Below are positions 1 through 7,488 of a stretch of DNA of 64,000 nt, in pieces. The notes under the pieces were generated by a model that was not told the origin of the DNA, ran no database searches, and worked only from the letters and a program-made list of their open reading frames with translations. The stretch lies in the IMG/VR virus record IMGVR_UViG_3300029922_000017, positions 32,001 through 96,000 of that record, one strand, 5' to 3'. The position numbers and the translations under genes are program-made. Origin of the DNA: a virus. How positions within the stretch are numbered: position 1 is the stretch's first letter; each line of letters begins with the position of its first letter.

Positions 1-488
1 TTTTCCGGAATATATTTGTCTAGCGATGTTAATTTATCCTTATCCAGTTTCTTTGTATGCATCATTCTATGATGATTGGGACATACATATGCCAAATTCC
101 AATGTTCATCTGCATTGTCTATTTTCTTTCCATTTATATGGTGAATATCACACGTCGATTCTTTCCATCCACAAATACAACACCCGATATTTAACCGTTT
201 AAGTATTTTACATGCAGTTCTAGAACTTACGCTTAAAATAGAATCAATTCTTCCTTTATGTTTTCCTATTGAACTATTGATTCCGTTTATACTTCTTTTT
301 TCTGGGTGTTTATCCCAATATCGTTTAAGTCCATGTCCTATATTTTGTTTTGCTGCATCTGACAGCTTTCGGTGTGAATTATTATATGTTGATGCACATG
401 ACAAACTACAAAACTTTCCTCTGTTATTACCAGTTGAATATTTCGTTTCAAATTCTTTATTACAATTTACGCAATTTAATGTATTCAT
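1..488 (-). CDS. HNH homing endonuclease (3'-truncated by window edge)
   Basis: Own translation from ATG 488: MNTLNCVNCNKEF...FCSLSC...CCICGW...DIHHING...NLAYVCPNHHRMMH; Zn-finger plus HNH motif; TATTTATA just upstream of ATG. Confidence 0.85.
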   Translation of the reverse strand, partial: MNTLNCVNCNKEFETKYSTGNNRGKFCSLSCASTYNNSHRKLSDAAKQNIGHGLKRYWDKHPEKRSINGINSSIGKHKGRIDSILSVSSRTACKILKRLNIGCCICGWKESTCDIHHINGKKIDNADEHWNLAYVCPNHHRMMHTKKLDKDKLTSLDKYIPE

Positions 489-662
489 ATACTATAAATA
501 TACGTGTAGTAGTCGAATCTATGATTTATTTTGTAAATTTTAACAGTTTTCCCCGCTACCCCTACGGAATAATCTTGCATATTAAAGTAATCTAACCTCA
601 ATTAGATACAGCCATTACTATGTTGACCGAGTTCACTCGCTCTGTGTTTATATAAACATACT

Positions 663-1334
663 TTAAAATTTATAGATTCTACCTTTCATCCATCCTTGAG
701 ATATATACAAGTCCAGTTCCTCTTTTTTTATCTTTTTATTTAATTTTTGTTTCGTTGAGTATATCCAACATGTTCCATATTGTGAATTTAATTTTCCTAT
801 TCTCTGAGATGCTTTTATTGATTGCTTATCCTTTGTTTCTTGAGTATGTTTACGACCAGACCAATGATGTCCATCTCGACTGAACTTCTCTTTTAAAGCG
901 GCTGACACTTTTATTTTCCACTCTTCCCATAATCCCTTCTCTATAAGATATTTCTTAACTTCCCTACCATTCCACAAATTTTGTTTTCCATGAGTTTCAT
1001 CTCCAATTCCCGGATATAAATTTTTACCAGTCGAATTTGCGTGTTCCCATGTTCCTTGACCTCCGAGAATAAGATTATATGTATTTTCAGATTCTACGAA
1101 TATAGCATTAACTATTTCTTTTTCTTTATCATACATTGCTTCGGAAGAATCGAATACAAATAAAATTTCTTTTTTAAAATTTTCAATCCCATATTTTGCA
1201 ATTGACCGTTTAAGTAAAGTGCCAGACCCAAGATATTCATCATTTATATTTTTTGTCTTGTGAATGCCAATATAAATTTTATTATTTATAATATTGGTAG
1301 TTTTATATACTGTATATTTATAGTTCGAGTCCAT
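663..1334 (-). CDS. GIY-YIG (Seg-like) homing endonuclease with NUMOD3 repeat
   Basis: YTVYKTTN...KIYIGIH...YLGSG motif; GRKHTQETK NUMOD3-like motif; start moved to ATG 1334, which follows TATTTATA. Confidence 0.9.
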   Translation of the reverse strand: MDSNYKYTVYKTTNIINNKIYIGIHKTKNINDEYLGSGTLLKRSIAKYGIENFKKEILFVFDSSEAMYDKEKEIVNAIFVESENTYNLILGGQGTWEHANSTGKNLYPGIGDETHGKQNLWNGREVKKYLIEKGLWEEWKIKVSAALKEKFSRDGHHWSGRKHTQETKDKQSIKASQRIGKLNSQYGTCWIYSTKQKLNKKIKKEELDLYISQGWMKGRIYKF

Positions 1335-1388
1335 GAATATAAATATGGACTCGAACATCGAAACTGTAATTTATTTTCGATTAATTTC

Positions 1389-1463
1389 TGGCTCCGAGGG
1401 CAGGTTCTGCCCCTGCACCATCTTTCTTAACAGGAAAGTGGACTACTGTTATCCCACCTCGGA
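1389..1463 (-). tRNA. tRNA-Asn(GTT), atypical T-loop
   Basis: Acceptor TCCGAGG/CCTCGGA-GCCA; anticodon arm CTTTC-CTGTTAA-GAAAG; T-loop GGCAGAA. Confidence 0.85.
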
Positions 1464-1500
1464 ATTAAAATGATTTTTTCATCTCTTCATTAAAAGAGGA

Positions 1501-1660
1501 AGGCCTCAATGACTGGACTCGAACCAATACCACGAACAGATATAGCCCGTGCGCTACCTACTATTAATAATTTCTGTGCTTACTTCATCATCCTTATTAC
1601 GTAATAATAGATGCCTTCATCCACATACTCGATACTAATAGCAATTACACCACATTGAGA
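1501..1660 (-). ncRNA. tRNA-like RNA with ~80-nt structured insertion in the D-loop
   Basis: Acceptor CTCAATG/CATTGAG; T-arm ATTGG-TTCGAGT-CCAGT; insert ~1561-1641 closed by CTATTAGTA/TATTAATAG; non-canonical anticodon loop; no CCA. Confidence 0.65.
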
Positions 1661-1666
1661 TTAAAT

Positions 1667-1738
1667 TGGTTCCTTATTCCGTGTCCCTTCCACGTCTCCG
1701 AAATTACGCATCATAGATAGTAGGGGCGTTAATAAGAA
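1667..1738 (-). ncRNA. Degenerate tRNA-sized RNA ending in ACCA
   Basis: Terminal stem TTCTTATT/AATAAGGA followed by ACCA; T-arm-like CGTG...CACG; no recognisable anticodon arm. Confidence 0.4.
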
Positions 1739-1970
1739 ATTGAATTACAAAATCATGTTACGGATAGCAGTTATACAGGAACACTGTTGTCCTACACATC
1801 AATGAGATTTCCGTGCTGTATCACACTCTCAAATGGATTTTGTAAATTGTTTTCTACTTTATAATGTAAAGGCTTACTCACCAGCAAACGAGGCCAGTGG
1901 TTGGGATTCCAACCCATTACAACCGTAGCATCAGCCGTTTTTTAGTTATCGGTTCATTACTAATAGAAAT

Positions 1971-2056
1971 TGGTGGATGCTAGGGACTTGAACCCTTTCT
2001 TTCAACTAAGTTATAGTTGATGTGCTTCCTTGGAATCTCACCTACACCAAGCAACC
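1971..2056 (-). ncRNA. tRNA-like RNA with non-canonical anticodon arm
   Basis: GGTTGCT/AGCATCC-ACCA acceptor; GGG-TTCAAGT-CCC T-arm; enlarged D-loop; TCAACTA-TAACT-TAGTTGA arm. Confidence 0.65.
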
Positions 2057-2062
2057 ATAAAT

Positions 2063-2140
2063 TGGTTTTGGACACAGATTTCATACTGTAAAAACTCCCC
2101 AACAGAGAGTGGTGTTATGAATATTAACACTAATCCAAAA
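2063..2140 (-). tRNA. Divergent tRNA-Asn(GTT)-like
   Basis: TTTTGGA/TCCAAAA-CCA; ACTCT-CTGTTGG-GGAGT arm; degenerate T-loop TATGAAAT. Confidence 0.55.
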
Positions 2141-2241
2141 TTTTAAACATCAACAGAAATATCAACACTTTTTATGATTGTAAACTCATAATCATATTGT
2201 AAACATTGAAGATTATGATAGTTTATTATTTTCAGTTTTGG

Positions 2242-2315
2242 TGGTGGAGAAAAAGAGAATCGAACTCTTATATACGAATTGCAAATCCGTCGTTCTACCA
2301 TTGAACTACTTCCCC
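2242..2315 (-). tRNA. tRNA-Cys(GCA)
   Basis: Cloverleaf with loop TTGCAAT; T-loop TTCGATT; 3' CCACCA. Confidence 0.9.
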
Positions 2316-2438
2316 ATTAAAAAATTATTATTTATTCTCCTTATTGGGGAAGAACCACGAATATTATACTATGATGAAAAACATGATAAAGTTTTCTCTT
2401 TATCCATACGGCATATGCCTATATAATATTAAATAAAT

Positions 2439-2508
2439 TGGAGCAAGAGAATAGGGTTGTCTATTATTTCCACTCGGATGAGTGGCGTTCTCATTAAACT
2501 ACTCATGC
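2439..2508 (-). tRNA. Degenerate tRNA-Gly-like RNA
   Basis: GCATGAG/CTCTTGC-TCCA acceptor; CCACTC-ATCC-GAGTGG collapsed anticodon loop; non-canonical T-loop. Confidence 0.55.
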
Positions 2509-2779
2509 ATAAATTGTCAGCCCGACGTGCGAGCCGATTTGAGCTACCTTTAGGTAAAGAGGTTCCGGCTTATTTTAATATCCGCCTCCCGATATTTTAT
2601 ATTAAATTACTTTTATTCAGTTAATAAAACCTTTGTAATTAAACAAGGTTGAAATTGTTATATTATATACTGAGTGGAGAGCATATAATAATTAAGTTAG
2701 TGTTGCCCACGGTTCGTATAGTCCACTATTCACATTATTCTAGGATTGAAGATTATCAATTCAATGATGCGTTATTAAA

Positions 2780-2854
2780 TGGTGGGGTCGGATGGATTTG
2801 AACCATCGTCTCTGCCCGCAATGGGCAGCATACTAAACACTATACGACAACCCC
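2780..2854 (-). tRNA. tRNA with non-canonical anticodon loop (CATTGCG)
   Basis: Good acceptor GGGGTTG/CGACCCC-ACCA and T-arm TTCAAAT; CTGCC-CATTGCG-GGCAG lacks U33 and purine 37. Confidence 0.75.
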
Positions 2855-2938
2855 ATAATAATTTTCATTTTTTAAAGTTGAAACTCTTAATAACATTGCA
2901 ATCATTGATGATTATACGTTTTTTAAGATTTTCATATT

Positions 2939-3014
2939 TGGTGCGGCAACGGAGATTCGAACTCCGACTTTTGATTTGGAAGACCAACATGCTACCGTTG
3001 AACATCACTACCGC
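2939..3014 (-). tRNA. tRNA-Gly(TCC)
   Basis: GCGGTAG...loop CTTCCAA...TTCGAAT...GCACCA. Confidence 0.9.
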
Positions 3015-3016
3015 AT

Positions 3017-3610
3017 TTAAATTTTAATATTATAATTTTTACACCATTTTCTTACTGCATTATCACTTACCCCGAATTTTTTCCCTATTTGTGTCATTGG
3101 AAGATTTTTAATCATTAATTCTAATTCGTTTTTTAATGGATGAACACATTTCCGTTGTCCATTAGCTCTACATTTATGAGAACAAAATTTTTGTTGAAAC
3201 GTTTTAGTATTAAATATTGAATTGCATGTTGGACATGTATGAGTATAATATTTTGGATTTGCAATATGTATTTTATTTTTCCAAGGAATGTTGGAAACTA
3301 TTAATTTTCTTCCGTCATAGTTATTTACTCTATTTAGAAATTCTTCGGTATTGTTATCTGCATGATGTATCATATGACAATTAGCACATAACAAATCACA
3401 CTTTTCTACTTCTGCCCAATACTTTTCCCAATTTGTCGTGATTGCGCTGGACAATCCAAATTCTTTTTGGGATGGGTCACGATGATGAAAATGAAATGCA
3501 GCTATGTTGCCACTCCACCCGCATCTTATGCATATTCCACCTTTTAATTTTACAGCTTCACGTTTTAATAGAAACCGTCTTATTTTTGTATTGTATGATG
3601 ATTTTGTCAT
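3017..3610 (-). CDS. HNH homing endonuclease with Zn-finger and C-terminal HTH
   Basis: GGICIRCG...FHFHHRDP...KCDLLCANCH; C-terminal IGKKFGVSDNAVRKW HTH; start ATG 3610 after TATTTATA. Confidence 0.9.
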   Translation of the reverse strand: MTKSSYNTKIRRFLLKREAVKLKGGICIRCGWSGNIAAFHFHHRDPSQKEFGLSSAITTNWEKYWAEVEKCDLLCANCHMIHHADNNTEEFLNRVNNYDGRKLIVSNIPWKNKIHIANPKYYTHTCPTCNSIFNTKTFQQKFCSHKCRANGQRKCVHPLKNELELMIKNLPMTQIGKKFGVSDNAVRKWCKNYNIKI

Positions 3611-3666
3611 ACCTATAAATATAGCTAAACAATAAAAGAATAGCAATTATTTTTAAGTTCGAATAA

Positions 3667-3739
3667 TGGTGCTCCCTACCGGAATCGAACCGATGTAACT
3701 TTCTCATCAAGAAGCGCACTACCACTGTGTTAAAGGAGC
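3667..3739 (-). tRNA. tRNA with degenerate anticodon arm (GAT-like loop on Thr-like body)
   Basis: GCTCCTT/AGGGAGC-ACCA; T-loop TTCGATT; anticodon arm TTC-TTGATGA-GAA weakly paired. Confidence 0.65.
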
Positions 3740-3747
3740 ATTGGAAT

Positions 3748-3822
3748 TGGTGCGCTTGCCGAGATTCGAACTCGGTTCCGACTGCTTAAGAGGCAGTGCT
3801 TCACCATCAAAGTTTCAGGCGC
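3748..3822 (-). tRNA. tRNA-Lys(CTT)
   Basis: CTGC-CTCTTAA-GCAG arm; full cloverleaf; CCA. Confidence 0.92.
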
Positions 3823-3832
3823 ATTAAAAAAT

Positions 3833-3907
3833 TGGTGCATCCATCCAGAGTTGAACTGAAATCCCAAGGGTAAAAGCCTTGTAGTCTACCGATTGACTTA
3901 TGAATGC
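3833..3907 (-). tRNA. tRNA-Lys(TTT)
   Basis: CAAGG-CTTTTAC-CCTTG arm; CCA. Confidence 0.9.
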
Positions 3908-3949
3908 ATAAATGTAAGTTTTTAATAAGATATTGACAAACTTACAAAG

Positions 3950-4195
3950 TTATTTTATGTGATTTTTTAGTAAATCTCCGGTCTTAATTAATTCCTCGGC
4001 AATATCACATTCCGATTTTTTACTACAAATTCGAGAACAATAAAGTTCTCGAATTAACCATCCATAATCATGAATAAACGATGATATGGCTTCATCTTTA
4101 TCATTTATTTTTCGTAAATATTTATGCTCATCCAGATGTTTTTGGATAACATCGATTTGAGTTTTCATGAATTCTGATAAGTGTTGGCAACTCAT
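3950..4195 (-). CDS. Hypothetical protein (Cys/His-rich)
   Basis: 81-aa ORF preceded by TATTTAT; lies within the tRNA array. Confidence 0.7.
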   Translation of the reverse strand: MSCQHLSEFMKTQIDVIQKHLDEHKYLRKINDKDEAISSFIHDYGWLIRELYCSRICSKKSECDIAEELIKTGDLLKNHIK

Positions 4196-4240
4196 ATTAA
4201 ATAAATATCAACCAGAATAAATGAAATATCAAGTTTTAAA

Positions 4241-4328
4241 TGGTCAGGCGGATGGGCGTCGAACCCACATGAAGCTTTCGCTACCAGATTCACAATCTGG
4301 GACATTAACCAATTATGCTACCAGCCTG
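4241..4328 (-). tRNA. tRNA-His(GTG) with long variable arm
   Basis: CCAGA-TTGTGAA-TCTGG; variable hairpin AGC-GAAA-GCT; discriminator A, no encoded G-1. Confidence 0.85.
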
Positions 4329-4339
4329 TTTATTTACTA

Positions 4340-4415
4340 TGGTAGTGCTGGCAGGAATCGAACCTAGCGTAGCTCATTTGAAGGACGAGCGAATCTACCA
4401 ATATTCTACAGCACC
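4340..4415 (-). tRNA. tRNA with TTC (Glu) anticodon and C33
   Basis: GGTGCTG/CAGCACT-ACCA; CTCGT-CCTTCAA-ATGAG arm. Confidence 0.75.
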
Positions 4416-4430
4416 ATTAAAAATATTCAA

Positions 4431-4516
4431 TGTTATAGTTGGATTCGAACCAACGAAGATATTTCTACCTTATCCCATACACGATGGGACAACTTCAACC
4501 ACTCGTTCATATACCA
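4431..4516 (-). tRNA. Class II (Tyr-like body) pseudo-tRNA with non-canonical loop
   Basis: T-arm GTTGG-TTCGAAT-CCAAC; long variable arm; TCCCAT-CGTGT-ATGGGA; no encoded CCA. Confidence 0.6.
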
Positions 4517-4560
4517 TTGATTTTTACAAATTTACTAGTTAACATTTCACTTTGTAAATT

Positions 4561-4653
4561 TGGCACCTCGTATTAGAATTGAACTAATATTAACGGAATG
4601 ATTACCGCATCTAATTTTGGAGATTAGTGCCTTACCGGTCGAGCCAACGAGGT
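4561..4653 (-). tRNA. tRNA-Trp(CCA) with long variable arm
   Basis: CTAAT-CTCCAAA-ATTAG; variable hairpin GCGG-TAATCATT-CCGT; ACCTCGT/ACGAGGT-GCCA. Confidence 0.85.
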
Positions 4654-4856
4654 ATTTAAAAAATTAATACTCTGATTAATCCGGCTCAGAGTAATTGAGG
4701 CCAAATAAACATCATAAGAGGTTTATTAAACGACATTTAACCCAATGTCTCCGAGGGAATTATTGCCATCATAATTAATTAGATTAAAATGGACTAGTAT
4801 TTTACCACGGCTATAATCGCAATGTCATAGCAATAGGACTTCTCCTAGAAGGTATA

Positions 4857-5471
4857 TTATAAATATTTTTTCAATTCTTCAATGCATTTGATTACATTTG
4901 CTTTTACTTCTTTTGCCGTGAATCTTACAATCGTCCAGCCTTGTGATTTACTAAATATATCACGACGAGCATCAATTTTTTTAATCTTTTCCGATGTATG
5001 AGTTCCACCATCAACTTCAACGTCTATTTTTTTATCTACAAACGCAAAATCGTATTCATAGATTCCATTTCTGAATGCATACGTCCATCCAGTTATATTA
5101 GATGCTATCAAAGCATTCTCAAAGACTTGTTCTGGATATGATTTTCTAGATGAATGATTTATCAAATATGGAACTTTATCAGGATGTTCTGTTAAATATT
5201 TAATTCTAGCTTCGGAAATTTTTTGCTTAGTTTCTTCGGAATGTTTTTTTAAACCTCGTCCATTTTTTCGGGATAATTTATTCGCTGCTGATGTATTTCG
5301 AGTTGATTTAAATCGTCCAGACCTTATTGCGTTAAATATTACTGATTGTCCTGCTCCAAAATACGACGATATTTCTCGCCAAGTATGCCCCGCATCATAG
5401 TAAGATTGGATTTCATTCCAGTCATATTTTGATTTGTTGTTATGTCTGTAATTCTGAGGGCGTCGGGGGAA
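4857..5471 (-). CDS. PD-(D/E)XK (Vsr/DUF559-like) homing endonuclease with HTH/NUMOD3; canonical start missing
   Basis: YEYDFAF...IDVEVDGGTH...DARRD...GWTIVRF; frame open to 5471 (DWNEIQSYYDAGHTWREI...KKHSEETKQKIS) with no in-frame ATG. Confidence 0.7.
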   Translation of the reverse strand, partial: FPRRPQNYRHNNKSKYDWNEIQSYYDAGHTWREISSYFGAGQSVIFNAIRSGRFKSTRNTSAANKLSRKNGRGLKKHSEETKQKISEARIKYLTEHPDKVPYLINHSSRKSYPEQVFENALIASNITGWTYAFRNGIYEYDFAFVDKKIDVEVDGGTHTSEKIKKIDARRDIFSKSQGWTIVRFTAKEVKANVIKCIEELKKYL

Positions 5472-5540
5472 TTAATCCCAATTTAAAAGCTGAATATTGA
5501 GTTTTAAGATTGAATATTTTCAACCATCTCCGGATATTGG

Positions 5541-5624
5541 TGGTGCTGCCGATGGGACTCGAACCCATGTTGTTTAAATACCGAGTTAAAAGCTCGGTCC
5601 AGTCGCCGCTATGGAAACGACAGC
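5541..5624 (-). tRNA. tRNA-Lys(TTT) with extended variable region
   Basis: CCGAG-CTTTTAA-CTCGG; ~12-nt variable region; T-loop TTCGAGT; CCACCA. Confidence 0.88.
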
Positions 5625-5942
5625 AAAAATTTATGTATCTCTCTACATCTGTCAAGCCTACGTCAAAGCGGGCTTTCGCTCTACAAATATGTTTTTATTG
5701 AAGATTTTAATCGGGAACCCTAAACAATTTAACCGGATTAAAATTGGAATGACATCATTCCCTGACTGCTATCGTCAAATCTCGGTCTGGGCTATTGACC
5801 CGCACCGCACGGAATATGGTGTTTCTTGGCACACCTACTACTCTAAGCCACTAAAATTCTAATCTTTTTATAGTGTTTCGGTATCTTTTTTACCGGACTC
5901 ACTCTTAACTTTCACTATCTTACCACATTATATTTAATTGTC

Positions 5943-6017
5943 AACAACAAACAACCGACCTTTTTTGGTCGGTTTATAAGTTTTTTATTTCTATTTCTTC
6001 TAACTTATATTCCGACC
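5943..6017 (-). terminator. Terminator with overlapping antiterminator (attenuator)
   Basis: AACCGACC-A6-GGTCGGTT + GTTTGTTGTT; alternative pairing GGTCGG-AA-TATAAGTT (6017-6002) with AACTTATA-AA-CCGACC (5982-5967). Confidence 0.75.
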
Positions 6018-6145
6018 TCGTGCTTTTTATCTTCCGCTCCTGCTAACCCGACAACTGTATTTCTATTATATGAATGGGAGCGGAGTGGTGCTACCCACTT
6101 AATTGTGGGGCAACTAAACTTCGGTTGTTTCATATTACTATTCAT
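6005..6145 (-). CDS. Putative attenuator leader peptide (46 aa)
   Basis: MNSNMKQPKFSCPTIKWVAPLRSHSYNRNTVVGLAGAEDKKHEVGI*; stop codon lies inside the antiterminator strand. Confidence 0.65.
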   Translation of the reverse strand: MNSNMKQPKFSCPTIKWVAPLRSHSYNRNTVVGLAGAEDKKHEVGI

Positions 6146-6221
6146 ACTAAATTATATATATCTTCGACTTTTACTTTTCTTTAAAATTTCTTAATAAATC
6201 TTTCATTAATTTATTATGTGA

Positions 6222-6818
6222 ACATTCTACACTATTTTCGGAGAATGTCAAGTTCTTTTTAAAATATCGGTTTTACCTAGTTACATCCCCGAAAGTTTTT
6301 TAACGCACTAGGACTGCGGTAATTCATTATTACTTGCCGTTCGTCAGAATTACAATTGAGAACGTGCCAGTCAATTTACATGGAAAACTGACAAACCAAA
6401 TTTAACTATATCGACATTCTACACTATTTTCTAAGAATGTCAAGTTCTTTTTTACTTTCGTCTGGAAATTCGATTTTAGCAAACATCGGCTTATATTCAA
6501 ATTCCCACATATACCAATCTATCATCTGCTTCTTCCAGAAATTTCTTAACATTCTCAACTTCACTATTACTTTCAATGTCATTCATATTACACTATTTTT
6601 TCTAAATGTCAACTACTTTTTTAAAAGTGATGTTAATTATAACCTTTGACCGAGGGTTGTGTTGTCGACTGATAAAATATGCTACTATCCAAATTCACAT
6701 ATTTCCTGCGGCTCCATAAATTACTTTGATAGTTCATTTGGACATTCCCTATCGTTTCACGCCGACACCAACTCTAATTAACAAAATGGATTATAGACTA
6801 TTTTTCGGATTTGTCAAG
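6222..6818 (-). promoter_or_regulatory. Four tandem sigma70-type promoters facing the tRNA array
   Basis: TTGACA-N17-TAGAAT/TAATAT/TATAAT-type elements at ~6224-6251, 6416-6443, 6586-6612 and 6791-6817; the first two are near-identical ~35-bp repeats. Confidence 0.75.
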
Positions 6819-7062
6819 AGATTTCAAATTATTTTTTAATTTTTCTTCGAAATACTTATCCTACTCATCTTCTCCTAACATATCAAACGAGTCAAACATA
6901 ACGTCCATGACACTTCTCCGTCTGCCATTCTCTTTAAATTTTTCCCAAGTTTCATCATTCATAAAATATTATCTCCCTCGTAATTTCTTACATTCTAAAT
7001 TGGCACTATTACATTCGCCGCCAAATCTTAAACATGCGATTGAAAACATAAAAAAGAGCAAT

Positions 7063-7488
7063 TCACTTCCACTCTCCTAACTCTATCAATGTGCTTTTAA
7101 TCTCTTGCCAATCGGTGGCTCCGACATAGCCACTTTTATCGTCTAAAAGTATATTGAAATAAAATTTTTGCGAGAAGTCACATAACTCCGTAGATTTACA
7201 CTCTGGATTTTCATTTATATAATGGAATTTTAAATCGTGCCGGCGCAAAATATCATTTATAGAGTCGGAATGGCTAGATGTCCATAATATAGTTTTATGT
7301 AAGTTGGACTTGTATAATACATCTAACACTTCTTTCGCTACTGGATATAACATTGCGCCCGAATTCATTCGATTATACTTGCCCTCGATTACCGTATCAT
7401 GCAAATCAATTGCCCAGTAAATTTTATTCCACTTACGGATTTCCTTCTGTTCAAACGTATGTTTGATTATGTCTCTAATTGATTTCAT
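7063..7488 (-). CDS. HAD-superfamily phosphatase-like protein
   Basis: WAIDLHDTV (DxxxT motif I), ILWTS (motif II), LLDDK (motif IV). Confidence 0.75.
   Translation of the reverse strand: MKSIRDIIKHTFEQKEIRKWNKIYWAIDLHDTVIEGKYNRMNSGAMLYPVAKEVLDVLYKSNLHKTILWTSSHSDSINDILRRHDLKFHYINENPECKSTELCDFSQKFYFNILLDDKSGYVGATDWQEIKSTLIELGEWK

Noticed and set aside
2516-2594. Theta/HDV, twister or pistol ribozyme next to tRNAs
   Set aside because: Could not place the conserved catalytic core of any of these families by eye; left as an unnamed RNA.
4340-4415. Opal suppressor tRNA (TCA)
   Set aside because: CTTCAAA is present, but the stem register CTCGT/ATGAG centres TTC, not TCA.
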